From a virus, in IMG/VR virus record IMGVR_UViG_3300024999_000008, positions 4,417 through 68,416 of that record: 64,000 bases of DNA; one strand, written 5' to 3'. The stretch's first letter is position 1, and each line of letters begins with the position of its first letter. Shown here piece after piece: positions 16,721 to 25,736 of this stretch. Under the pieces are notes generated by a model. It ran no database searches, was not told the DNA's origin, and saw only the letters and a list, made by a program, of their open reading frames with translations. Position numbers and translations under genes: made by a program.

Positions 16721-16890
16721 TTCAATCCAGTTTGTTAGGCAATTTACAGGTTGTTAGGCAATTTCAAGGTGGCTAAACGCAAAAAAAGCCAGCAACAAAC
16801 TAATGCTACTGGCCTTTAACAGTTTTGCTAATCAGCAATTTAAACATTCAATCCAGGCTGTTAGGCATTATTCAGGTTGTTAGGCATTAT
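16721..16890 (+). repeat. duplicated 44-bp block, each with two 19-bp units
   Basis: TGTTAGGCA core at 16733, 16752, 16859, 16878. Confidence 0.8.
16781..16814 (-). terminator. intrinsic terminator
   Basis: GCCAGTAGCA-TTAGTT-TGTTGCTGGC followed by T7. Confidence 0.75.
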
Positions 16891-16891
16891 C

Positions 16892-17107
16892 TCATTTGCA
16901 AAGCTCAATATATATTCCGGTCTTAATGGCTTTGTTCAGCCTTTCAGGATATACATTCAAATACCTGAGCATACTTGACACGTTATGAATATCTCCACAT
17001 AACAGACAACGAACCATTTTCATTTCTTCCCTGTTGGAGGTCAATCTAATTGCTTTAGCAAACTCAATTCCGTATGTTACATCTTTTTGTAGTCTCAAGG
17101 TTTTCAT
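16892..17107 (-). CDS. hypothetical protein with CxxC
   Basis: 71 aa, CLLC. Confidence 0.5.
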   Translation of the reverse strand: MKTLRLQKDVTYGIEFAKAIRLTSNREEMKMVRCLLCGDIHNVSSMLRYLNVYPERLNKAIKTGIYIELCK

Positions 17108-17296
17108 GCTTTCACCAAGTGGAAGTCAACATTATTAAATTGCACATACCATGCCTCGATAACCCATTCAGGCAAGTATGGCGCGGATTTGCGATTAAAG
17201 AAACTCATGAAGCGTTTTGAATATTGCATGATTGTACCTCCATGCTCGGGCACAATCGCAATGGACTATGCCCGAGTTTGAATGGTTGCTTAACTG

Positions 17297-17704
17297 TTAT
17301 TTACCCATACCTGCGATGATGGCCGCAAGTTGTTCCGGGCTAAGTTTTGCCATTGCTTCAATTGCTTTTTGCTCGTCACTCTTGGCACTGGCCGGACGTT
17401 CAGCAGCTTCCCACTTCATAAGGTTGACATTCTCCTGACCCAATGCCGGCGACCATTCAGCACCTTTCTTGGTGGCCTTGAAAGTAGCTCGTGCATCTAT
17501 CAGTTTTGCCTGTACACCTTTTTGCAGGCAGGCATGTAAGCATCCAGCCTCAGTTGCCCAAGCTACTAACTTCTGTTCATCGGCAAACTGTTCGCTTGTC
17601 GGAAAGATTGACCGGGGCAAAGTATGTGCAACCATTGCTCCAACTACCGGGACTGAAGTCTCTGTTTTTAACGTGTCCAGTGTTACAAAGATAGACTGTG
17701 CCAT
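17297..17704 (-). CDS. early hypothetical protein
   Basis: 135 aa, AAGGAG RBS, own promoter upstream. Confidence 0.75.
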   Translation of the reverse strand: MAQSIFVTLDTLKTETSVPVVGAMVAHTLPRSIFPTSEQFADEQKLVAWATEAGCLHACLQKGVQAKLIDARATFKATKKGAEWSPALGQENVNLMKWEAAERPASAKSDEQKAIEAMAKLSPEQLAAIIAGMGK

Positions 17705-17769
17705 GATAAAACTCCTTTATGATGGGTTTAACTACTTGTGGCCAGAACCATTTCCAGCCTGTTAATTAC

Positions 17770-17798
17770 TGTATATCACCTGTGGAAAGGAATGTCAA
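17770..17798 (-). promoter_or_regulatory. sigma70-type promoter
   Basis: TTGACA-17 bp-TATACA with TGn. Confidence 0.6.
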
Positions 17799-17801
17799 GA
17801 A

Positions 17802-17987
17802 TTAAATCAATTCAATTTCTCCATTCTCAATCTTTTTCCACAGTCCGCCATCCTGCCAAAACTCAATCCCTTTTGACAGATTAGATATGTCGAATATCCT
17901 ACTTGTTCCATCACTCATAGTTATAGTGACTTCAATATTATCCTGCTGTGGCCTAATTTCAATTCCTACCAAGTCTTTATGTTTCAT
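17802..17987 (-). CDS. hypothetical protein
   Basis: 61 aa, GGAG RBS. Confidence 0.6.
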   Translation of the reverse strand: MKHKDLVGIEIRPQQDNIEVTITMSDGTSRIFDISNLSKGIEFWQDGGLWKKIENGEIELI

Positions 17988-18062
17988 AATGTTTCTCCAT
18001 TCAAAAGGTTTAACTACTCTAACTATCCCGTTTCAGCCAACTATAAATCTTAATCATGTCTA

Positions 18063-18091
18063 CTTGTACCAAACGGGGAAAGGAATGTCAA
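18063..18091 (-). promoter_or_regulatory. sigma70-type promoter
   Basis: TTGACA-17 bp-TACAAG; shares TCTTGACATTCCTTTCC with the 17798 promoter. Confidence 0.55.
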
Positions 18092-18142
18092 GATTTATTT
18101 TCCATCTTTATTTCTTTTCTAATTGCTTGTCCTTTCCCAATT

Positions 18143-18171
18143 ACAATACTTCCCCATGTCCAGGCTGTCAA
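18143..18171 (-). promoter_or_regulatory. sigma70-type promoter
   Basis: TTGACA-17 bp-TATTGT. Confidence 0.7.
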
Positions 18172-18736
18172 GAGTTATTTTCTTCCCCATTTATATAGTG
18201 CTCGCCATTCTGCCAGGTACACCTTGTTAAGATGTTCCCCAGTTTGCCAGGGCCACCTATTTAGATTATTCACCTGCTTGCCTGGTACAGCTCTTTCATG
18301 ATTGCGACGTATGTCGCGGGAACAATTCTTTTCTGTTCTAACCTCTCTGATAACTGATGCCTCGATCCCTCTGTAGTGAATTAGGGTTTCTCATATAATT
18401 TGCGGAAACAAGCACATTTGAATTGCCGTCAATTGGCACCATTCATCAGCCTCGATCAACTCAATAGATGCGTTCATTTATGAACAGCCAGGCGGGAACA
18501 ATCATATTGACAGCACTAGATAACTTGTCTTATATAGAAACTTGGTAGCCTTATCAAAAACAGGCATGCATCATATATTAGAGGCGGCGCAATATGTTTG
18601 CCGGCATTAAGGAAAAAGCAGGAAAATTAAGTCCTTATGCATTTTTATATTGCTATTTCTATCATAATATGTCATTTTAAAATAGTAAAGTTCCAAAAGG
18701 TTTCCAATCTCCATTTAACCCACTTCACCTGTAAAG

Positions 18737-19432
18737 TTGCCAACCATGTTGAAAGAGCTAAAATCTCAGCACCGCAACATTATCCAGATGGCCTTTAATG
18801 GCTATAAGAATCAAGAAATCGCTGAGCGTCTTGGTATGGCACAATCATCAGTATCTACAATTCTTCGTTCCCCATTAGGGCAAGCCTACTTAAATGGTCT
18901 TCAAGACAGGGCGCACGAAGCAACTTTGGACGTCCGAAAGAAACTTGTAAGCCTCAACAAAGAAGCCTTGGCTACCTTCGAGCACCTTCTCAATTCTGGT
19001 TCCCGCAAAGCTGTTCCAGCATCCGTACAATTTAATGCAGCCAAAGATGTTCTCGATCGCAATGGATATAAGGCTCCCGATCGCTTGAACATTGACATGA
19101 CGCTGCAAACCAAAACTGATGAAGAACTCGATGCTGAAATAGCAGCCATAGAAGAAGCTATCAATCGCACAGGTGGTAAAAATCTTCCAGAGATTAAAAA
19201 ATCCTTACATCACAACTTATCATTTGCAACCATTCCTCTTGCGTCATGCCAAGCTGTTGTCCCTGCTCCTACTAACGAGGATGATTTATCTCTGGAAGAT
19301 TTCTTCTGTGCTGAAGAACAAGCTGGCCTATTTATTCCTGACGAATCTTTTGAAGAACCCATTCTGATGGAAGACACCTCAATTTTAGAAGATCTATCAT
19401 TTGATCCCTTTCACAATATTAATAGGTCATAA
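18737..19432 (+). CDS. terS: terminase small subunit (probable start ATG 18746)
   Basis: N-terminal HTH (NQEIAERLGMAQSSVSTIL), AAKDVLDRNGYK motif, directly upstream of terL. Confidence 0.75.
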   Translation: MPTMLKELKSQHRNIIQMAFNGYKNQEIAERLGMAQSSVSTILRSPLGQAYLNGLQDRAHEATLDVRKKLVSLNKEALATFEHLLNSGSRKAVPASVQFNAAKDVLDRNGYKAPDRLNIDMTLQTKTDEELDAEIAAIEEAINRTGGKNLPEIKKSLHHNLSFATIPLASCQAVVPAPTNEDDLSLEDFFCAEEQAGLFIPDESFEEPILMEDTSILEDLSFDPFHNINRS

Positions 19433-20901
19433 TGATGGATCTTTCCCACCTTGATAGAGACCGCAAAGAGCAATATCTCAAACTATTGCAAGCCAAAAAT
19501 ATTCGCATTAAACAAAATAAGATTGCACAGTACTATCCAGAAGACGGTCCATTAAGTCGAGATTGCTATCCTAAGCACATGGCGTTCTTTGCAGCCGGCA
19601 GTAGCTTTTCTGAACGCTGCATCATGGCTGCAAACCGCATAGGCAAGAGCGAAGGAATTGGTGCATACGAAACAACTCTACATGCAACAGGAAGGTATCC
19701 AAGTTGGTGGACAGGCAAGAGATTCACCAAACCAGTTTCTATCTGGGCCTGTGGAACGACCAGTACAACTGCCAGAGATATTGTTCAATTCAAGCTCATT
19801 GGCAATCCTGAAGAGTACGGGACTGGACTCATCCCTGAAAAGTACATCATCAAGACATCTCCTAAGGCCGGCGGAGTTGCGAACGCCATCGATATGATCT
19901 TGGTCAAGCATATTTCTGGTGGCATATCTCGAATTAAGATCAAGTCTTATGCTGAGGGTCGCAAGTCTTTTGAAGGAACTGAGCAAGATTTAATCTGGCT
20001 GGATGAAGAATGTCCATTGCCAATTTATACTGAATGTATAACCAGGACCATGACGACGAATGGTCTAATCATGCTTACCTTCACACCGTTAGAGGGCCTA
20101 ACTGATACTGTTCTTCAGTTTATGCCGAACGGAAAGATTGAGGATAATCAAGAAGGTAGTAAGTTCTTAATCCAGGCAACATGGGATGATGCTCCGCATC
20201 TTACTACTGAACAGAAAGATAAACTCTGGGCAGCCTTACCACCTCATCAACGAGACGCCAGGTCGAAAGGCGTTCCGCAGTTAGGTGCTGGTGCAATTTA
20301 TCCAATTCTCGAAAGTAATATTACAGTTGCTGACTTTGCTATCCCCGATCATTGGCTCCGCTGCTATGCATTGGATGTTGGCTGGAAGAAGACTGCAACT
20401 GTTTGGGCAGCTACAGATCCGACAAGCAACATAACTTATTTGTATTCTGAATATTACCAGGGCCAACAGTTGCCACTCATCCATGCGGATGCAATTCGAG
20501 CTCGTGGTGTATGGATTCCAGGCGTAGTTGATTCAGCTGCACATGGCCGTTCGCAAGATGATGGAAAGCAACTTTTTGAACAATACCTAGGATTAGGACT
20601 TGATCTCGAGAATGCAAACAAATCAGTCGAGGCTGGCCTGTATGCAGTGTGGCAAATGCTTAGCACCAACCGCCTGAAAGTATTTGGTTCGCTGGTTAAT
20701 TGGTTTAGTGAGTTTAGAATTTACCGTCGTGATGAGAATGGTCAGATTGTTAAAGACAAGGACCACCTTATGGACTGCACTCGATATCTGATTATGTCTG
20801 GACTTAAGCGTGCAATTGCGAAACCTTACTGGGAATTTCAGGCATGGGAAGAAAGCGAACTTTACAATCACCAAGAAGCAAGTCTAGTAACTGGATATTA
20901 A
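19432..20901 (+). CDS. terL: terminase large subunit, P22-like
   Basis: AANRIGKS Walker A, LIWLDEE Walker B, LTFTPLEG, ALDVG and DHLMD nuclease motifs. Confidence 0.95.
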   Translation: MMDLSHLDRDRKEQYLKLLQAKNIRIKQNKIAQYYPEDGPLSRDCYPKHMAFFAAGSSFSERCIMAANRIGKSEGIGAYETTLHATGRYPSWWTGKRFTKPVSIWACGTTSTTARDIVQFKLIGNPEEYGTGLIPEKYIIKTSPKAGGVANAIDMILVKHISGGISRIKIKSYAEGRKSFEGTEQDLIWLDEECPLPIYTECITRTMTTNGLIMLTFTPLEGLTDTVLQFMPNGKIEDNQEGSKFLIQATWDDAPHLTTEQKDKLWAALPPHQRDARSKGVPQLGAGAIYPILESNITVADFAIPDHWLRCYALDVGWKKTATVWAATDPTSNITYLYSEYYQGQQLPLIHADAIRARGVWIPGVVDSAAHGRSQDDGKQLFEQYLGLGLDLENANKSVEAGLYAVWQMLSTNRLKVFGSLVNWFSEFRIYRRDENGQIVKDKDHLMDCTRYLIMSGLKRAIAKPYWEFQAWEESELYNHQEASLVTGY

Positions 20902-21013
20902 TAACTTAAGTAGATAAGATATTGCAAGCGACGAAGTCGCCTACACTTAACACACTTATACTTTATATTATTTTACTTGCTCTCTTTATATACAAACCTA
21001 CGGGAAATTAATA

Positions 21014-23224
21014 ATGGCAACTAACAGTTACGAATTTCCTGTAGAGGAACTTGTCGATCCAGGCAATCCAGCGACTCCGATGGCGAATGCAATTATAGCT
21101 GGCCGAGCAGCGAAGCTGCCTACACGAACCAACTCAACCCTTAATACAGGCACAAACTTGCCAGATACTGAGCAGGCACAGCTAAGTGGTCAAGTTCCTT
21201 TTTGGGCAACTGAGGAACCCATAGAAGATATTATTGCTCCCGTACAAGTTGATCCAGTTACAACTGCTCTTGTTGAAAAAGAAGCTCTCCGAGCTGAAGC
21301 AGTTGTACTTATTACTAACTTGGCTGATAAACAAAATAAGGAAACCTTAGCTGATATTACGACTAAAGTACTTGAAGGTTATAAACTCGATCTTGCTAGC
21401 CGCACAGAATGGGAAGCCCTTAATGTGCAGATCATTGACCTGGCGAAGCTTCTCGTAAAGAAGAAAGTCTACGCTGGTGAAGTCGTTGCCAATGTTAAGT
21501 ATCCATTAATCATTAATGCTTGCATTCAGTTTGCTGCCCGAGCTTATCCTGAACTTATCAAAGGTAATGAGGTTGTCAAAGGCAAGGTAATAGGAACTGA
21601 TCCTGACAACACAAAGTTCGACAAAGCCAATCGCATTTCTCAGTTTATGTCTTTCCAGCTTCTGTCCCTAATGGAAGATTGGGAAGAAGGCGTTGATCAA
21701 CTACTTTTTACATTGCCCGCAATCGGTTGTGTATTCAAGAAGAGTTACTTTGATTCAATTGAGCGGAAGTCAGTATCTCAGATAGTCTTCGCTGATGATT
21801 TGGTTGTAAATTACTTTGCCGAATCGCTTGAACGGGCTCCACGAGTTACACACAGAATCTATTTGTACCACAACGAAATCGTTGAAAGAATCAACTCTGG
21901 GATTTTTATTAAGTTTGATGTATCCGAGCTTGGACAGGCAACCAGTGATAAGACAGCCGATGTAGATGAAGATACTCCACATTTGTTTCTTGAGCAACAT
22001 CGTTGGTACGACCTGGATGGGGATGGTTATCAAGAGCCATATGTTGTCACTGTCCATGAACAATCACAGAAGTTAGTTCGCATCTCACCAAGGTTTGCTA
22101 CGGATGGGATTATTCGCAAGTCTGATGAATCTGGTGTAATTGATCCAGACGGACCGATTGTTAAAATAATTCCTGAACAGTATTTTACTCGCTTTATTTT
22201 CATGCCAGCCATTGATGGTGGCTTTTATGGTATGGGGTTTGGCTCACTTTTGATGAGCAGCAACTCAGCCATAAACACAGTTATTAATCAGTTGCTTGAT
22301 GCAGGGACACTTTCGAATCGTCAAAGCGGATTCCTTGGAAGGGGACTTAAACTTGGCCGAGGCAAATCCCTGCAGGTTAAGTCTGGCGAGTGGAAACCAG
22401 TCGATGCGACCGGCGACGATCTTCGTAAGAACATCTTCCCCATGCCAGTGCGTGAGCCAAGTAATGTTCTCTTCCAATTGCTCGGCTTGTTAATCGAAAG
22501 TGGCAAAGAACTTGCCGGCATGACAGAGATTCTTGCTGGTAATTCACCAGGCGCTAATGTTCCGGCTGAATCTGTTCTCGCATTGATTGAACAGGGGCTG
22601 CAAGTCTATAGTGCAATTCACAAAAGGCTTTATCGTAGTCAGTATAAAGAGTTCATAAAGTTACGGCGGCTGAATGCTCTTTATCTTGATCAGATGACTT
22701 ATAAGGCTGTCCTGGATGATCAGCAGGCAATTGTTCAGGCTGACTTCTCTAGTGCAGACTTTGATGTTGTGCCAGTTAGTGATCCGAACAGTACGACAAT
22801 GATGCAACGGCTTCTCAAGGCGAAGGCTATGCTAGAGTTGAGAAAGCAAGGCTTGAATGACCAGGAAATCTTGAGGCAATACTTACTTGCGCTGGATATC
22901 GAAGATGTTGAAAAGTTCATGCCTCAAGATGATCAGCCTGATCCAAATGAACAACTATCTGTGGAGAAACTCCAGGCTGAGATTGCAGAACTAAGTGCAA
23001 AGGTCGCCAAGTTGAATGCAGAAACTCAGAAGATCATGGCAGAAATTCCTGGTAAACAACTTGAGCAAGAGAAGACAATTGCAGACATGGATAATGATGC
23101 GATTGACTTAGCCCTTAAGGATAAGCAAATTTCTGGGCAGTTAGAACTTGGACGAAGTCAGCAAAGTTTAGGCAAGGCTCCTGGGGGACTGAAAGAAAGT
23201 ACGATTGAACGTGAATATAGTTAA
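21014..23224 (+). CDS. portal protein, P22-like
   Basis: 736 aa after terL; YPLIINACIQFAARAYPEL, GFYGMG, NQLLDAGTLSN; C-terminal coiled-coil. Confidence 0.9.
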   Translation: MATNSYEFPVEELVDPGNPATPMANAIIAGRAAKLPTRTNSTLNTGTNLPDTEQAQLSGQVPFWATEEPIEDIIAPVQVDPVTTALVEKEALRAEAVVLITNLADKQNKETLADITTKVLEGYKLDLASRTEWEALNVQIIDLAKLLVKKKVYAGEVVANVKYPLIINACIQFAARAYPELIKGNEVVKGKVIGTDPDNTKFDKANRISQFMSFQLLSLMEDWEEGVDQLLFTLPAIGCVFKKSYFDSIERKSVSQIVFADDLVVNYFAESLERAPRVTHRIYLYHNEIVERINSGIFIKFDVSELGQATSDKTADVDEDTPHLFLEQHRWYDLDGDGYQEPYVVTVHEQSQKLVRISPRFATDGIIRKSDESGVIDPDGPIVKIIPEQYFTRFIFMPAIDGGFYGMGFGSLLMSSNSAINTVINQLLDAGTLSNRQSGFLGRGLKLGRGKSLQVKSGEWKPVDATGDDLRKNIFPMPVREPSNVLFQLLGLLIESGKELAGMTEILAGNSPGANVPAESVLALIEQGLQVYSAIHKRLYRSQYKEFIKLRRLNALYLDQMTYKAVLDDQQAIVQADFSSADFDVVPVSDPNSTTMMQRLLKAKAMLELRKQGLNDQEILRQYLLALDIEDVEKFMPQDDQPDPNEQLSVEKLQAEIAELSAKVAKLNAETQKIMAEIPGKQLEQEKTIADMDNDAIDLALKDKQISGQLELGRSQQSLGKAPGGLKESTIEREYS

Positions 23225-23233
23225 GGAGACAAT

Positions 23234-23401
23234 ATGGATGAGTTAGGCAAGAAAAAGAAGAGTGCATTTTCTTTCTTACGAGCGATTGGACTTGGTAAAA
23301 ACAAGAATGATGCTTCTGACAAGAATGTCTTTTATGCTGGAAATGTAACAACTGCTGCAAATAAAAGGAAGAAAGAGTTGGAGAAAGTTAATCAGAATTG
23401 A
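23234..23401 (+). CDS. small basic protein (55 aa, not in ORF track)
   Basis: AAGGAG RBS, MDELGKKKKSAFSFLRAIG... Confidence 0.6.
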   Translation: MDELGKKKKSAFSFLRAIGLGKNKNDASDKNVFYAGNVTTAANKRKKELEKVNQN

Positions 23402-23412
23402 GGAGAACTCAG

Positions 23413-23682
23413 ATGGAAAGATTTATTGGAGTCAAAGAAATTAAAGCACTTAAAATGACTCGTCAAGAATATAATGATTATCGTGGCTGGAAACTTCCTC
23501 CATTTAATCCACAAGGAACTTATAGAAAAGTAAATGATCGTACAGCTAAATTTATTGGAGAAGATAAACCACTTAATTGCCAACCATACTTTGCTATGTA
23601 TAATGCACAGGAAGAATGGATTCCAGGTTGGTTAGCAAGTCAATCTGATATGCTTGATGAAGATTGGTTTATTGTAGAATAA
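23413..23682 (+). CDS. DUF2829 (Tad2-like) protein, apparently internally deleted
   Basis: FIGVKEIKA..MTRQEYNDYRGW N-terminus joined directly to QPYFAM...WLASQSDMLDEDW C-terminus. Confidence 0.65.
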   Translation: MERFIGVKEIKALKMTRQEYNDYRGWKLPPFNPQGTYRKVNDRTAKFIGEDKPLNCQPYFAMYNAQEEWIPGWLASQSDMLDEDWFIVE

Positions 23683-23702
23683 CTTAGACTAAGGATATCA
23701 AG

Positions 23703-23957
23703 ATGCTAACCAGTGAACAATTCCAAGAGTGGAAAAATCATCCAGTAACGAAAGAACTCTTTGCTGAGATTAAAAAGACTAGGCAGTCCATAGTTGATCA
23801 ACTTGCCAATGGAAATAGTATTGGTCCAGATGCACAGGCAACGCATGGGTTTACCAACAGAGCAGTTGGCCAAATAAACGGCCTGGATCAGCTTCTTAAT
23901 ATTTCTTTTGAAGGTGATGCTGTAGAGAATGATGTTGACGAAGTAAGTGGTTATTAA
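23703..23957 (+). CDS. conserved head-module hypothetical protein
   Basis: FQEWKNHPVTK motif, between portal and GroES. Confidence 0.7.
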   Translation: MLTSEQFQEWKNHPVTKELFAEIKKTRQSIVDQLANGNSIGPDAQATHGFTNRAVGQINGLDQLLNISFEGDAVENDVDEVSGY

Positions 23958-23987
23958 TAAGAACAATTATTTAAAAGGGTAATAATT

Positions 23988-24320
23988 ATGAGCACAAACA
24001 TTAGTGATATTAATCAATCCGGTATCTTACCAACTGGTGGACACTTGTTGGTACTTCCTGAAAAGGTTGAAGAAAAGACTAAGGGCGGAATCTATTTGCC
24101 TGAAACTATTCGGGAAAAGGAACAGCAGGCTGCCACAGTGGGAACTCTTATTGCTGTTGGACCTACTGCCTGGAAAGACCTTGATGACGGAGTTGCCTGG
24201 GCAGCAGTAGGCGATAAGATTAGTTACTCCCGATATGCTGGTGTATCAATGCCAGGCAAAGATGACGAATCTTATGTATTGATTAATGACAATGATGTTC
24301 TGGCTCGGTTACTCTTTTAA
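23988..24320 (+). CDS. groES: GroES/Cpn10 co-chaperonin
   Basis: PTGGHLLV...EEKTKGGIYLP...GTLIAVGP...VGDKI...YAG...LINDNDVLA. Confidence 0.9.
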   Translation: MSTNISDINQSGILPTGGHLLVLPEKVEEKTKGGIYLPETIREKEQQAATVGTLIAVGPTAWKDLDDGVAWAAVGDKISYSRYAGVSMPGKDDESYVLINDNDVLARLLF

Positions 24321-24332
24321 ATAGGTGTTATT

Positions 24333-25280
24333 ATGGCAGAAGAATTTGTGCAAGACATTATTATGGCAGCCGAAGCAACTGATGGTTCTTCTACAGAAGC
24401 AACAGACACCAGTAATGAGACTGGCAAATCTGTTGTGGTAGCTAAATCTGGTGATGATCAATCTTCCAATCAAACTAAAACCCCTAATGGTAATGCTGAT
24501 TCTGATCAAACCAAGATTGCTCCGTCTGTAGAAGAACTTGCTGCACAACTTGGCTGGCGTGCTGATCATGTAGGTGAAGATGCAGTTGATGCGGTCACTT
24601 ACATTCTGAGGTCAAAAGACATTCAGAAGGCAATGAGTAAGCACAACAAAGATCTAAAGGAAAATCTTAGTGCTGTTCAGGCATCCGTTAATGCTTTGAA
24701 AGAACACAATGAGAAAGTTTATCAGACTGAAGTTAAGAAACTAACTGCAGAGATCGAATCCCTTAAGAAGGAACGCAAGTCTGCAATTGAACTTGCTGAT
24801 GTTGATAAGGTCGAAGAACTGGATGCACAAATCGAAGCAAAGAAAAATGATTTGGCTGCACCAAAAATTAATGATAGTAGTAAGTCTGGTGCTGTTGAAA
24901 ATCCTGTATATGATGAATGGATTCAGGACAACCAATGGTACTTGGAAGACAACGAGATGGCGCAGTTCGCTGATAGTGTAGCGCAGAATTATGTGGGTGC
25001 TCCACTACCGAGGATTTATGCATTAGTACGGCAGAAAGTTCAGGAGGTTTTTCCAGAGAAGTTTGCATCTGTCAAACCTGGAACAGTTGCCAATGTTGCA
25101 ACGAAGCCCATTGGTCCGGTTTCTCCAGTCGATAAAGGCTCCAACAATAAGGGTGCTTCAACTTCTTTCAGCAAAGCTGATCTGACGCCTGACCAAGTTA
25201 GCATAATGAATCAGTTTGTTCGCGGGGGCATTATGACTGAAGAACAATACATTAAAGATATTGCAAGTATGCAAGAGTAA
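24333..25280 (+). CDS. capsid scaffolding protein (putative)
   Basis: Acidic, coiled-coil, AAQLGW and NQWY motifs; upstream of the capsid genes. Confidence 0.65.
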   Translation: MAEEFVQDIIMAAEATDGSSTEATDTSNETGKSVVVAKSGDDQSSNQTKTPNGNADSDQTKIAPSVEELAAQLGWRADHVGEDAVDAVTYILRSKDIQKAMSKHNKDLKENLSAVQASVNALKEHNEKVYQTEVKKLTAEIESLKKERKSAIELADVDKVEELDAQIEAKKNDLAAPKINDSSKSGAVENPVYDEWIQDNQWYLEDNEMAQFADSVAQNYVGAPLPRIYALVRQKVQEVFPEKFASVKPGTVANVATKPIGPVSPVDKGSNNKGASTSFSKADLTPDQVSIMNQFVRGGIMTEEQYIKDIASMQE

Positions 25281-25295
25281 TAAGAGGATTATGTT

Positions 25296-25709
25296 ATGAC
25301 AGAGCAGGCAAATAAAATAGAGAGTGTTAAAAGCGAGCAACCGCGTAAGAGAATACCGTTAGGATCAAGGAATATCTTGACTGCACCGAAGAAGTCCGGT
25401 TTCGTGCGCCGGTTTGTTAATGACACTGGAGATCGCATTCAGATGTTCAAAGACGCTGGATGGAACGCTGTTGATGATGGCTCACCTGTTGGAGACTCGA
25501 AGATTGGCAGACCGACTCAAATTGGTAGTGCCACCAATCCTAGTGTGGGTAACAATCAAAGGGCTGTTCTAATGGAGATCCCAGAAGAGATTTATGAGGC
25601 AGACCGAGCCGAATCACAAGCCAAGATTAGTGAGGTAGAAAACCAAATTAAGCGGAACTCTCGTGGCGAGGGTAGAGATGGCTTGTCTGGAAGTGTGACT
25701 ATTTCGTAA
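25296..25709 (+). CDS. conserved head-module protein
   Basis: GFVRRFVND...GW...AVLMEIPEEIY pattern. Confidence 0.7.
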   Translation: MTEQANKIESVKSEQPRKRIPLGSRNILTAPKKSGFVRRFVNDTGDRIQMFKDAGWNAVDDGSPVGDSKIGRPTQIGSATNPSVGNNQRAVLMEIPEEIYEADRAESQAKISEVENQIKRNSRGEGRDGLSGSVTIS

Positions 25710-25736
25710 AATTTAAATTTTTGTTGAGGTAAAAAT

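Noticed and set aside
16067-16890. CRISPR array
   Set aside because: Repeats are 8-19 bp, degenerate and nearly adjacent, with no unique 30-40 bp spacers.
17887-18301. Plus-strand ORFs of 103 and 81 aa
   Set aside because: Antisense to a real gene and across the promoter stack; no RBS.
18507-18536. Rightward sigma70 promoter for terS
   Set aside because: TTGACA is present but the -10 match is poor at 17 bp; not supportable.
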